From Octopus vulgaris (lineage: Eukaryota), in assembly GCA_951406725.2 (NCBI GenBank), contig OX597835.1, forward strand, positions 47,926,001 through 47,990,000: a stretch of DNA of 64,000 nucleotides, given 5' to 3'. The stretch's first letter is position 1. Each line of letters opens with the position of its first letter. Below, in pieces: positions 27,019-40,746 of the stretch. Position numbers and translations under genes: made by a program. Under the pieces are notes generated by a model. The model was not told the DNA's origin and made no database searches. It was given only the letters and a program-made list of their open reading frames with translations.

Positions 27019-27899
27019 TCCATGCTTCGATATATTCATACTAACATACATGCATAAGAACATACGTATACACATACTATGCTACGATTTGCACTCTAAT
27101 TAAAGAAGGCGTGTCCAAGACTTTATTCTGGTCATCTCTATTTATCATCATTACAAAGTTCATTTGAAAACATGTCATCTGAGTTCGTCCTCTGGGCCTT
27201 AACCAGAGCTCCATAATATCCCTATTATACGAATGTATTCCATTGGGTGATCAAGTTTGCCAGGGCACGCTCGATTTAAAGAATTTTGATATCCGAAATT
27301 CAAATCCAAATATCGTACTGCAATAATTTCTGCACAGATCTCTCTTGGGAACTCGAGATAATGTGGAGAGGATCGTGGTACAAATATCTTAAACGCTGAC
27401 CCCAGTTCCTCCCCTGTGTCTGTATGAGCTAATATTGGTTTTATGTTTCACTGTTTACACATAGACTTCCACAGCCATCCATTAATGTCGTGTCTTTGGA
27501 CAAAAACTGGGGGAGACTCGACAGAGAATAATTACAGCGCATGCTCTGTTCTGCTCTATTCTGTTCTGTTCTGCCTGTGATGGACTGGTGCTTCGGTAAG
27601 CATGTGAATTCTATTCGAAATACGAAAAACGAAATACAAGCAACATTTCAATGGCCGCCGCCTGGTTATTTCCATTTGTTATTATTTTGCCTTTTCTTTT
27701 TATCGCTTTTTGTTATAATTGAGGTGTGATAGATCACGTGGACGACGCGAGAGTCAGAACGGCGTACAAGCCTCCCATCATTTTTCAGACAAGACAAAAA
27801 AAAAACAAACAAAACAAAACAAAACCAAAAGAAAATAATATCAGTAAAAATTTAAAAAAATAAATATAAGAATATAACAAGAATGACAACAGGAGAAAC

Positions 27900-28401
27900 A
27901 AGAAAAAAAAAAATAATAATAAAAATACTAATAATAATAATAATGATGATGATGATGATGATGATTATGATGATGATGATGACGACGACGATGATGATGA
28001 AAATAATAATGGAATAATAATAATTTCTTTTATAAAATAATTATAATAATGATAAAAAATATTTTGCCAACAACATTGCTAGTACCGTCGTTTTCTTTAT
28101 TTTCAAGGAAGTGAAAAACTAAACAACATCTGCAATAGGAATAAGAATAATAAGTGTTGAAGAAGATGCTGCTGACGATGATGATGGTGATGACGATGAT
28201 GATGATGATGGTAATGCTGTTATGATTAATAATAATAATAGTAATATATCCAACAATAATAATAGTAATAACAACAATAATAAATCATCATCATCATCAT
28301 CGTCGTCGTCGTTTTTGTTGTTGTTGTTGTTGTTATTATTATTGTTGTTGTTTTTGTTGTTGTTATTATTATTATTATTATCATTAATATTATTATTATT
28401 A

Positions 28402-28450
<49 letters not shown>

Positions 28451-29060
28451 TTCAGTAATCAAACATATCAACAACAACAACCACTATAATAGCCCTATAT
28501 TTGTTAATGATGGAAAAACGTAGGAACGGAGTCTCGAAGAAGAGAAACACACGATAATGGCGATAATTTAACATTGTCCATAATGATGAAGACGATAGTG
28601 GAGGGGGGTAGAGATTGTGGTAGCGATTATGATGATGAGGATGATGATGATGATGATGATGGTGGTAGTGGTGGTGTTGGTGGAGGTGGTGGTGGTGGTG
28701 ATGATGATGATGATGATGATGATGAGAAGGAGGAGGATGAACACGACGTCGGTGACGATGGCGACGTTGATGATAATAATGATCATGATTACGACGTTGA
28801 TGATGATGATGATGATGATGATGATAGTCGTGGTGGTGATGGTGGTGGTGATGATGATGATGACGGCGATGATGAGGATTATGATGACGATGATGATGAT
28901 GTATAAGAAAAACACAATAATCATGATAAAGAAATCAATGTTACAAACGATGATGATGATGATGATGATGACGATTTTAATAATAACGATAACATTATTA
29001 TTAATCATAACAATAAAACAGCAAAACCAAACAAACAACAACCGCAAACAATAACAAGAA
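27900..29060. repeat. Compound trinucleotide low-complexity region (AAT/GAT/TTA/GGT)
   Basis: Directly visible. It explains the poly-D/M/I/L ORFs. Confidence 0.9.
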
Positions 29061-31187
29061 ATACATAAAAATATAATTTATTAAATATAAAAACAATACA
29101 ACAAAATTTACAATCGAAATATATAAAGAAATGAAATATTTATTCATTTTTTTTTATATATTTATTAAATATATTTGATAGATTCTTATTATGTTTTCTT
29201 TCGGATTTAGACGCAGAATTTTGTCATTACCAGTGTAAGAATTGTTTTTATTATCATTATTATTATTTATTGTCATCCAATTTGGTGCCTATATACACGT
29301 ATACACACATATATATATATATACATGTGTGTATATATACACACCCATATATATATACTCATATATATATACACACACATATATATATACTCATATATAT
29401 ATATATATATACACATGTATTATATATATATATACACACACATACATATATATACTCATATATATACACACATATATATACTCATATATATATATACACA
29501 CATGTATGTATATATATTTATATGTATATAAGTATATATTTACATATTTATATATACATACACACACATACACACACACACACGCATATAAGCATATGTA
29601 TGTATATGGTGTGTATGTATATATATACCTATATGTATATAAGTTTATGTGTATGTTTATATGTATCTTATATATTTGTATATATGTGTATGTGTGTGTG
29701 TCTCTCTTTATATATATATGTTTCACTGCTGTCTCTTTCTGTTATTGTGTCTCTCTCTCTCTCTTTGTCTCTCTTATTCTCTCTGTCCTCCTCTCCCCCC
29801 CTCTCTATCTCTCTCACTTTGTGGCTCTGTCTCGGAATCTTCTGACCCAATAAACAGTTCTCAAAGAACGACAATATCTCAGGGAAGAAGACGTTGACTT
29901 CGATGATCGTTTATTTACACGATCGATTGAAAAACGCTGGCTCCGGCTTGCTTAGTTCACGTGTCAATAAAATAAAGTAAAAAAAAAAATCGTATCTAGA
30001 ATGTGCTACGGCGTCGATGGTGGCGGTGACGGTGTTGGTAGAGGAGAAGCTGGTAATGGAGATAGCGACAGTGGTAGGTGATGAAGATATGGGCGCTCGT
30101 TGAAGAAATGATGGCGATGTTGCAGGCGGAGTTCATTGGTGATGTTTGTGGTGCTGTCGAGAGTGACGTTGATTCTCATGGATGACGATGGTGGTGGGTG
30201 ATGGTGGGAGAGTTTGTCGGTGTTCGCGGAGGAGACGGTGTAATAATGGTGGTGTTGGTGTTGATGGTGAACCATAGTAATGCTGATGAGGATGGCGGTG
30301 GTGTAGTTAGTTGGAGACGCTGTGCTCTTTCGCTGAGAAAGTGATGGTGCTGGCGGCGGCGGGGGGTGGGGGTCGTGGCACTGGTGAAGGATGATTACAT
30401 GTTCTAGATAGAAATATTGGTAAATGGGAGGAAGCAGCCGAGATATTATTCCTTTTCTGACACTAATTTTTCAGCAGTTGTCTTCTTAATGCATCGCGTG
30501 CTCTATGGACAGATAATGTGTAAATGATAACAATAACAACGGCTACAAGAATAAGAAGAACAACAACAAAAAGTAGTAGTAGTTGGAGGAAGAGGAGGAG
30601 GAGAAGAAAAAGAAAGAAAGAAGAAGAAGAAGAAGAAGAAGAAGGAGGAGGAGGAGGAGGCGGGAGAAAAAGAAAAAGAAACGGAAGAAGGAGAACAAGA
30701 AGAGCAACAACAACGACATCAATAATAAATATTGCTCCTATTTTCCAGAGGGGCCTCAGATAAGGGGCGCATTACATTGGCAGTTTACAATTTGCTGGGT
30801 GACATCAGTCATAGAGGATGAGTGGGAAGAAAGTGAAAGGAAAGGAAAATGACTTCAAAGCGTGCAAAGCAAGCGAAAGATGTGAACACATGAATGATGC
30901 AGTCTTCTTGTCACGGGAGAAGCTCCAACTAAGGTCAGAAACCCGTCTGATCTAGGATCACCTTGCCCACCAAACGCACGCCTCCTCCGCCAACTGCTCT
31001 TTACCGATCTACAGGTGCTTGCTTAGAGTAGCACCGTTTCTCTTAATCACGTTTTCAAGTCATTTAACTTTTCCCTAATTCCTTGTGAGAGGGAGAGAAC
31101 TTTCCACTTCCACCTCGCTTCTTTTTCCAAGTGAAACATAAAATATTGTTTTATTGTTATGATTGCTAATATTATTACTGTTTTTAA

Positions 31188-31390
31188 GGCCGCGAGCCGC
31201 CAGTGTCTTTAGCACACCAAGCTAAAAACTTAGCAGCATTTCGTCCATATTTTAAAACGTTCTGAGTTCAAATTTCGCTGTTGTTGTCTTTGCTTTTCAT
31301 CCTCTCTAGTACCAGTCTAGTACTAGGGTCGATGTAACCGATTTACACCCTCTCTTAAAACTGCTGGCTTCGTACAAAAATCTGAAACCA
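31188..31390 (+). mobile_element. SINE family A, diverged
   Basis: GCATTTCGTCC...CGTTCTGAGTTCAAATT...GGTCGATGTAACCGA. Confidence 0.7.
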
Positions 31391-32091
31391 ATATTATTAT
31401 TGTCATTAAAATCATCATCGTTGTTATCAGTATCATTATTATTTTATTTTCATCATCATCATCATCATCATCATCACCATCATTATCATCACCACTAACA
31501 CCACCACCGTCGTCGTCACCATTATCCTGATGTGAAATTAGCGTCATTATCCGGGCTTTCTGTTCTGTGAAAAGTCTATGAGATCTTGACCGAAAAGGAA
31601 GTTGTCTTTTTTAAATTCTCACAACCTTGTCCATCACACAACCTCTTACGCCATAGCCACTGGACACATGAACAACGCCGGACGTGCCTTGTTAATTGTC
31701 GGCCAATTATCTGATTCGTCCAACACGTGACAAAAGATGTTCAACAAATATTACAGGTCAGCAATAAGTAGCAAATTTTTTATTCAGTTGGCTGACCAGT
31801 TGCAAGATTTCTCAATCAGTTTTTTTATCTTATATCAGTGAAAATGCATTTTGTCTTAGAATGCGGCTACCAATGAGTAGTTCTTAATGACTAAGTCTAA
31901 AGAGGCAGAAATACGCGTCTAGTAATGCCGCCATCGTTGTATAACGATTTGCGTTTGTTGCTTCTATATTTTCATGGTTTTTAACACTGCACGTCCATAT
32001 GTGAAGCTATTTCATGAAGAATACCGCAGTGGATTAGGCTTTCAGTGAAACATCTGCGTGAAGTAGGTCATACAGGTTGCTACAGACATAC

Positions 32092-32307
32092 ATTATTATT
32101 ATGGCTGCCCCCTCGTTATAGAGTATGGCCATTGAACGAAGCTTAACTGTTATTGGTGCTGTGATCGAATGTGACTCTTTAGCCCAGCTAAAGATCTACA
32201 ATGTCTTGTACAGAATTGGCAACTAAAACATTTACCGGTAATAGCCGGCTGTAGTTGTAACTGGGCTTCATGTACCTTTGCATGTCGTTTAAGTCCTCCT
32301 TAAACGA
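32092..32307 (-). mobile_element. RTE-type LINE 3' end with C2H2 zinc finger(s) and short-repeat tail
   Basis: Minus: GLKRHAKVHEAQLQLQPAITGKCFSCQFCTRHCRSLAGLKSHIRSQHQ*, then GGCCATACTCTATAACGAGGGGGCAGCC(ATA)n. Confidence 0.75.
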
Positions 32308-32345
32308 CATACATACATGCATACATACATATATAATATATATAT

Positions 32346-32663
32346 AAAATTATAATTTAGGGTATCTAAGAGATACCACCATGCTTCAAATAGCAGCAGT
32401 ATTCGTATGTTGTATATATATATATTTGTATTTATCTGCTGTGAATATTACATTGAAGAGACAAAGCATTTCTTATGCAGAGTCAGAAATCTGGGATCTG
32501 GAATTATCCAGTAATTTTTCTTTTTTTCTTTTTTTGCTAGTTTATTTTGTCTTTTTGTCTTCTCTCCTGGTGCTATATGAATTCTTAATGTGGTTTTAGA
32601 ATCACGTTTTGGCTGCTATTTCAAGCGTGGTGGTATCTCTTAGATACCCTAAATTATAATTTT
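32346..32663. mobile_element. Fold-back element with 52-bp inverted arms enclosing a hammerhead (PLE pseudo-LTR-like)
   Basis: 32346-32397 and 32612-32663 are inverted, with 2 mismatches. Confidence 0.75.
32447..32504 (+). ncRNA. Hammerhead motif (U3.G8 variant or decayed)
   Basis: attaca-TTGAAGA-GAC aaa GCAT ttctt ATGC aga GTC-a-GAAA-tctggga-TC-tggaat. Confidence 0.6.
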
Positions 32664-32744
32664 AATAATAATTATTGCCTTTGAGGGATTTTATTCCCAT
32701 GCTGGCCACATGATAGGTTCGATATTTAAATATCAATCTTATCC

Positions 32745-32794
<50 letters not shown>

Positions 32795-32831
32795 TAATCT
32801 CTGTGTGTGCATATATATATATATTCATACG

Positions 32832-32881
<50 letters not shown>

Positions 32882-32930
32882 GAAAAAAGTGAAGATAGAA
32901 AATGCTAAAATAATTTTATAAAAAACATTT

Positions 32931-32966
32931 CAGTACCGGTTTCAGTCATTGAGACTTTTTCAACTC
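32931..32966 (-). ncRNA. Minimal hammerhead ribozyme, U3-A8 core variant
   Basis: Minus: gag-TTGAAAA-AGTC tcaat GACT-GAAA-CCGG-TA-ctg. Stem III (ACCGGT) is palindromic and stem I is weak. Confidence 0.65.
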
Positions 32967-33149
32967 TAAGTATAGAAAACAATTAAATTTAGAAAACTTA
33001 AAAGAAAAGTTTTTTTAAAAGAATATTTGTATAGTGTTCAAATACACATGTGTCATTTTCCTTGTTTCTGCTTGTCTCTTTCTCTCTTGTTTACTTTTGT
33101 GGGTTCGAGGTCGTTGTGTGTGTGAGTATATATATATATATGTATATAT

Positions 33150-33207
<58 letters not shown>

Positions 33208-34655
33208 CATATATATATATATACATTTATATATGCAAATATCAGTATAACAGGAGGCACTGTGAGCTAATTACCATGTTTTTGCACCCTTGTGCCTCCA
33301 GGGAGGACATCTCTCTCTCTATGACAAGCTGAAATAAAAATCTTTTAATGGTTATTTTAATTACGATTACATAAGCCTTAATTTTATATTCCAATGCCTT
33401 TCCAGTGTCTGTAAATTACTTTATACCGTTGCATTGAACTCGTATCGATGTTCTCTTCTTGAAATGAGTTTAGATCATACAAAATTGATGAAATCTTGGG
33501 TGTGTTGCAAGACGTTGGCACCCCAGCAAACATGACTCTGGGTTCAACAAGTTTCGGGTCGACTAAAGCCTTGTGAGTAGATTTGGTAGACGGAAACTGA
33601 GAAAAGCCATTCGTATACATATTTGTGTGCGTGTTTGTATGTGTTTATTTGTGTGTGTTCCCGTGCGCCTGTGTGTGCCTCTTTGTGTAATATATCGTAT
33701 TCTTTTACTGGAGTCAGTTGATGGACTGTGTCCTTGCTGTGCCATTGACTGTGCCATTGCCTGCCAATGGTTTAGACGACTCTGTCGACGACCAGTGAAT
33801 GCCGAGGAGTTGGTGAGTTGCGCGTTTTAGCAATAAGCATGGTCAGAGAGACGGGCCGAGACCCATGAAGTTCACTCGTAAAACTTCGCACATACACACA
33901 TTTATACGTGTATATGTATATATATATACACACACACACACATAAACATATATATACATATTTATTTTAAGTATATATGTGTGTGTGTGTGATTTTATGT
34001 ATGTATACACGTATATATAGTTGAAATATATAGAAAAACAAAATACGAAGACAGTGTATACATATATATATATATACATACATACATATATACAAACAAA
34101 CATACATACCTACATACCTGCATACAAACTTACATACATACGCTTGCTTACATAATACTTACATACACACACATACATACACACATACATACACACACAT
34201 ACACACATACATACATACATACATACATACACACACATGCATGCATACATACACACACATGCATACATACATACTTACATACATACACACACATACGTAC
34301 GTACATACAGAAAGTAATTTCTTTTACATTAATCTTCATAATATCTAATTTACATCGGTGTATATAAATTATACATTTTCTACTGTATATTCCTGTATTT
34401 TCCCGGCATTTACACACACATACACAACACAAACACAAACACACATTGAACATCATATTCTCATATGCACACGCATACACACTCGCGCACGCACACACAC
34501 ACACGTACACACTTACACATATCTATATCCCTCACAAGCATATACAACCACACACACACACCACACACATATATATATATACATGAGTGTCTGTGAGCTT
34601 ATATACACAAACATGCATACATATGTTTATTATACACATATAGATACGTACTTAT

Positions 34656-34720
<65 letters not shown>

Positions 34721-34864
34721 CTTGAACTACATACATAAATCGCTGAGTGTGTTCTAGTTTACATTTTTTGGTTATGCTGTCAAGCCAATTTTGTCAAAAG
34801 TGCCCCCTGGGATAAATCTATCTACATACCTACATATATACACACATTTATATATATATATAAA

Positions 34865-34927
<63 letters not shown>

Positions 34928-35259
34928 ACATACATACATATCTATATATGTGTATATATATATATACATAGATATATGTATAAATATATATATACATATG
35001 TATATACATATTTATACATATGTGTATATATATGTATATATGTGTATATGTATATATGTATGTCGGTATGTAAGTATGTGCTCCGTCACGAGACTGACTT
35101 CTTCACTTCGGTCTACCTATAATTCAAAGAAGTCAAACATTTCAGCAAAAGTCAAACATCGAAATCTTGAACTTCAATAACTCATGTGAAAGGTGTTTTT
35201 AGGAAAAAAAGGAGAAAAAGAAAAGGTATTATACACACAAACACACATTTCTATTCATA

Positions 35260-35313
<54 letters not shown>

Positions 35314-35381
35314 CGGCAAGTTGGACCGATGAAGTCTAGAAGTTTTTTTCCTTCTCTCTCTCTATTTATTTTCTCTTATTG

Positions 35382-35417
35382 CTTTCTGTTTAAGAGCGTA
35401 AACTCGAAACATAAAAG
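35382..35417 (+). ncRNA. Degenerate minimal hammerhead
   Basis: cttt-CTGTTTAA-GAG cgtaaa CTC-GAAA-ca-TA-aaag. The architecture matches 49623-49661. The downstream repeat recurs at about 47908-47985. Confidence 0.45.
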
Positions 35418-35906
35418 ACTTTTTCATTTTCCCGAGCGTCAAACTAATACACTTGCTTGTTGTTCATACACCTGCCTTTTTCTTTTGTTTTTCTATAAAT
35501 TTCAACTATATATACATACACACACACACACACACACACACATGTATATATATATACGCACACTGACACTCATACCCAAATACACACACACACACACACA
35601 CACATGCAGACACACTCACACGAACATTCATAGCTACGTCATCGCGACTCATTTTGTATTACTATTCATTCATTTTGTATCCCTCACAATAATTGAAAAC
35701 TGTTTCATTTCTGCTGCCACACCTTTTTACAAAGGGGCGATTCGCTGCTCTTACCTCTTTGGAACTTGTAGAAATTAGTTCTCAGAGTTTGTTCTCGGGC
35801 GTTGCATATCAACGTTACAACGCATCCTTTCAGATCAATTTTCCTTAGCAACAGCCAGGTGTTGTTCGGGTTTTTCCTTCTATTTCTCTGAAGTTCTGTC
35901 CATGCA

Positions 35907-35984
35907 TCGCTTTCACTTTCCAATTGTTCAATCTCGCCTCGCTTTCACTTTCCAGGTGTTCAATTTCGCCTCGCTTTCATTTTC
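35907..35984 (+). repeat. 32-bp minisatellite, about 2.4 copies
   Basis: TCGCTTTCACTTTCCA...GTTCAAT.TCGCC is repeated. Confidence 0.75.
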
Positions 35985-36049
35985 TGGGTTTTAACTAAGG
36001 AGCTCGCCACGTTGTTAGCGCTTTTTGTCAGCAGTTTAGTGTGAACCCC

Positions 36050-36300
36050 GACAAGCCTATCCCTGACAACCTCCACCTCGTATTATAGAATAAATAGAGA
36101 ACAGATCTAGCTTTGGTGAAGCATTGATCAATTTGGATCAATCCAAGGCATTTGGGAGGGAAGAACATCGCTAACTGGTGGCTGACCTAACAGCTTCTGT
36201 TCCGTCTTCACATACTGGATCACCTCAAAGTACAATGGCATTTGCTCGGTGGTTAAATTAAGCGGTCACCTGTCGGAATTTTTCGCTACTGGATGCTCGC
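36050..36300 (+). mobile_element. L1/Tx1-clade LINE RT fragment
   Basis: IPDNLHL ... GEALINLDQSKAFGR, corresponding to the LDQxKAFDRV motif, with stops. Confidence 0.65.
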
Positions 36301-36336
36301 TCCCTTTTGCCGAAATCAGAAAGCCATATTTTTAGC

Positions 36337-37005
36337 AAGGCAGTTAAGAAACAGAATCGTTAAGGCGTCACTCAAATTGCATAGTATCATTTCTTCTGTA
36401 TCTTTTCGTTCTGAGTTCAAATACCGCCGATGTCAAACTAAAGTTTCATCCATTCGGGAGAGATAAAATAAAAATACCAGTCAACTACTGAGGTGAATGG
36501 TATTATCTGATTCTCGCCCATGAAAATTGCTGGCCTTGTGCTTAATCAAAAATAATTGCTACCTCAGAATCTAGTTTGCAAAGTCATTAAGCCGTCAGAA
36601 AGAAATGGCTTTCGATGTTTCTTCGAGGTGGTAGAATCGTTAGCGCGCCAGTAAAATGCTTAACGGCATTTCGTCTGTCTTTACTTTCTGAATTCAAATC
36701 CCACCAAGTTCGACTTAGTCTTCTGTCGTTCGCAATCGATAAAATAACTGGCAGTCGAGCACTTGGAGCAAAATAATCGACGTAACCCTCCCTTGAAGTT
36801 ACTGGCCTTTTACAAAATTTCACCGATGTTTCTTCTGGGCTTTTATGTTCTGGGATCAAATCCCTCTTGGTTTTCTCTTGTCCGGTATCCCTCCCGGGTC
36901 GATAAAATAAAGGACCACTTAATTTCTGCGGTCGATAGTATAGTATCGATTAAGCCAGTCCCGTCAAAATTGCTGGCCATATGCCTAAATCCAAAACAAT
37001 TATTA
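36337..37005 (+). mobile_element. Cluster of three diverged family A SINEs
   Basis: Repeated (G)TTCTG.RWTCAAAT, GTCGATAAAATAA and AAATTGCTGGCC motifs. Confidence 0.65.
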
Positions 37006-37525
37006 GTATTTACATTCACTCATTTATTTCCCTATTCCCTTGCTGAAATGATCTTAACCAGCCAATAACCAAGATGTCCCAATGAGACCATTTTCAGACC
37101 GCTTATAATATGGAATTTCCGTTGAAATTAATTTGAAAAATATCGAACTTAATTCATGTTATAAAGAGTTCAGACCCAGTATCCAAGAGTTGATTTCTTT
37201 TAATTCGTTTTGTGGATTCTCGAAATATCAATTTGAAGAATATTCAATGGAAATTCTGAAAGCGTTGGAAACGGTGGAGACGTAATGAATCATGTCTGCT
37301 TCTATTTATTTTGATTATTTATTTCTAAAATTATATTCTTGAAATGTTCGATATAGATTGTATTCTTTTACACACGCACACATACACACAAACAAACACA
37401 TACAAACACACACATATACACACACATACACGTATATGCATACAGTTCGTATCGTAATATATCTGAAATATCTAATTTTATATTTTATAGAAGCATATCT
37501 ATCTATTTCTCTCTGTCTCTCTCTC

Positions 37526-37556
<31 letters not shown>

Positions 37557-37595
37557 ATTTATTGTCTATATATATATATGTTTGTGTATATATAT

Positions 37596-37756
<161 letters not shown>

Positions 37757-37921
37757 TATTTTATAAGTATATACATAATTAGAACAAGGGCTTGGCTTGT
37801 GCCTCACGACGCACCGAAAAATAGACGTCAAAAGACACTATTACCACCATAAATTCTCCGAGAAAAGCAGTCTGCATAATTGAACTAGTAGAAGAAAGAA
37901 AATGAATTAAAACTTTGCTTA

Positions 37922-37993
37922 ACCGCGTACACGATCGTGTTTCGGGCTTAAAGTAATAAAAAGCATTACCTTTTTGCCTTCATCAGCATCGGT
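37922..37993 (-). ncRNA. Type I hammerhead ribozyme, extended stem II
   Basis: Minus: accgatg-CTGATGA-aGGC aaaa AGGTAAT gcttttt ATTACTT taa GCCc-GAAA-CACGATCGTG-TA-cgcggt. Stem III (ACACGATCGTGT) is a perfect palindrome. Confidence 0.8.
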
Positions 37994-38313
37994 ATACCCA
38001 GCCATATAAATACGAGTGGCCACGGATATACAAGCGAGCTGCGTCTTCGCTTATCTTATACCCATCGATACTCTACGAAGTAGATGCATATCCTTCTCTT
38101 CTAGCCACGTGCTGTGTCTTAAAGATCAAGTCTGCAGTTAATACAGTTTTGATCAAGGAGTAAATATTCTTTTTTCTAAATATTGATTATATTAATAATT
38201 AAGGGTAAAATCATAAATGATTTTTACCAATTGGTCAGCGCCGAAATAAAACCTCATAGGTAAATTTTATAAATATTTTATGAATATATAGATAATTATA
38301 ACAAGGGCTTGAC

Positions 38314-38382
38314 TTGCGCTGGTGAAGGCAAAAAGGTAATGTTTTTTATTACTTTAAGCCCGAAACACGATCGTGTACGCGG
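38314..38382 (+). ncRNA. Hammerhead ribozyme, inverted copy with A6G core change
   Basis: ttgcg-CTGGTGA-aggc...gccc-GAAA-CACGATCGTG-TA-cgcgg. Confidence 0.7.
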
Positions 38383-38631
38383 TTAAGCAAAGTTTTAATT
38401 CATTTTCTTTCTTCTACTAGCCCTATTATGTAGTGTGTTTTTCTCGGAGAATTTATGGTGGTAAGAGTCTCTTTTGACGTCTATTTTTCGGTGCGTGGTG
38501 AGGTACAAGTCAAGCCCTAGTTATAATTACGTATATAATTATAAAATATTCGTAAAATTTACCTACGAGGTTTTATTTCGCGCTAACCACTTGGTAAAAT
38601 TACCTATGATTTTACCCTATAATCATCAATA

Positions 38632-38714
<83 letters not shown>

Positions 38715-38741
38715 CAAATAAGAAAATGGAGAAACAAATTC

Positions 38742-38768
<27 letters not shown>

Positions 38769-38772
<4 letters not shown>

Positions 38773-39333
38773 CGCATATTTGGCATTTGAATATGGCTAA
38801 CCCCTAAGGGTGGATGCTACTGTAGTTTGTAGCCCCAGGAAGATATCTCCTCCAGTTGGCTATAGACACACTATCTGTGTCCTCTCAGTATTTGTGTCGA
38901 TTGACACTGATATATTCAAATGGCAAATATGCGTCACGATGTGTTACCGCTACTGTTTATAACTCGCTCTGAGATTTATCATTGTTTGATTTCACTTTTT
39001 CAATATCAGTGTCAATCGACACTGGAAAATGTATATGTATTTGTGAAGGGAGCTGACTTCTCGTCGACAACCATGATTGTCACACGCTGATGAAAGGTAA
39101 ACACCTTGAAACTCGAGTCCGTGTGTATCATGAGTTGAAGACGGGGAGGATGACTTCCCTTCACAAATACTGAGAGGACACAGATAGTGTGTCTATAGCC
39201 AGCTGGAGGAGATATCTTCCTGGGGCTACAAACTACAGTAGCATCCACCCTTAGGGGTTAGCCATATTCAAATGGCCAATATGCGTCACGATGTGTTACC
39301 GCTACTGTTTATAACTCGCTCTGAGATTTATCA

Positions 39334-39336
<3 letters not shown>
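38769..39336. mobile_element. Young inverted-plus-tandem pseudo-LTR structure (PLE/retrozyme-like) in (TA)n
   Basis: 38769-38896 is inverted against 39162-39289 and nearly identical. 38912-38983 is directly repeated at 39265-39335. 38894-38913 is inverted against 39003-39022. Confidence 0.85.
39081..39125 (+). ncRNA. Minimal type I hammerhead ribozyme (canonical, intact)
   Basis: CACACG-CTGATGA-AAGGT aaac ACCTT-GAAA-CTCGAG-TC-CGTGTG. Stems I and II are perfect, stem III is palindromic, and GUC cleavage is predicted after 39119. Confidence 0.92.
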
Positions 39337-39390
<54 letters not shown>

Positions 39391-39789
39391 TACATATACA
39401 TACATACACACGCACACACACATGTATCTATATGTATGCATGTATATACATATGACCCAGCAATAGCTGTGTTTTTGCACCTCACCAGGTGAGCGGCTTT
39501 GAGACTGCTGCTTGATTACCTGGAGTTTCGCATTGCTTTATACATACATCCTATCTTTAACATTTCCGTGATAAGGAGCAGCACACAGAATCAGACATCA
39601 AGTCGTAAAAAATATCAAAATAAATTAATGGAAATAAAAATGAAAATTACGGAGGTGTATTTGCCAAGCAAGAGATTTGATCTGAGATCGTGTGCTGAAA
39701 CAAAAACAATTGCACCATGGAAAGTGTTTATAATCCATTTAAGAACACAAAAAACCGTTAGATTCGCTTCAACCTTTAAATTTAATTTG

Positions 39790-39836
39790 TGTCAAAATAA
39801 TTTCGTCGCTTTGAAACCGCAACCTGTTCACTGACA
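39790..39836 (-). ncRNA. Minimal hammerhead ribozyme, G3-C8 core variant
   Basis: Minus: TGTCA-GTGAACA-g-GTTGC ggtttcaaa GCGAC-GAAA-ttat-TT-TGACA. Stem I is a perfect 5 bp and stem II is 5 bp. Confidence 0.7.
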
Positions 39837-40317
39837 AAACTTCGTGCTGCATCATGGCTTATAAATACCTTCCTCGCTGCAAAATCAACAATGTAAATTA
39901 TAAGATAAAAATAGACCCAAATTAATTAATGGAATTAGAAAATCAAAATGAATAGATATGAATTAACAAAACCTCTTATTCAGCTCTTTCTTTAGGATAG
40001 ACATTCCTTGGCTTTAATGACGATAGAATAATATTCTAAGATAATAATGTTGCCAAAATATAAACTAGAAGTATTCCTGTTTATTTAGCTTGTAAGCATT
40101 TTTCTTCAAAGGATGCGTGGTCAACTTCTTAGCGCTGCGGGATTACCAATTTGTCTGGCAGTCATCTTGTAAACTTCATTTTAGCTCTCCTTGCCTCCCA
40201 CCACAATCGCTTAATCAGTCATTAATAGATGTTTTCACACAAGAATTTATTCGACCGCACCCTTATACACACACGCATTCAATCACTTGGAGTGTACATA
40301 GAAATATTTTTATTTTA

Positions 40318-40393
<76 letters not shown>

Positions 40394-40570
40394 GCTACCA
40401 CCGATATACATGCATTTGTACATTATATACACACATGCATAGAGGCACGCATTCACACTCATCCTCTGTCGTCATAGCGTGAGGTTAAGTCAATAGTTTT
40501 CAATCTCACGCGTCTATCATATACGCATACGTATACTTTTATTTCCCATTAATGCACATATATCTGTACA

Positions 40571-40746
<176 letters not shown>

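Noticed and set aside
30006-30405. About 130 open codons on the minus strand, H/P/S/T-rich
   Set aside because: This is cryptic (CAC/CAT) simple sequence that is naturally stop-poor, and no homology is recognisable.
39215-39270. TGGGGCT...CAGTAGCA resemblance to hatchet or twister ribozyme words
   Set aside because: The order and pairing of the conserved elements do not fit either fold by eye. It is kept only as an unexplained conserved motif.
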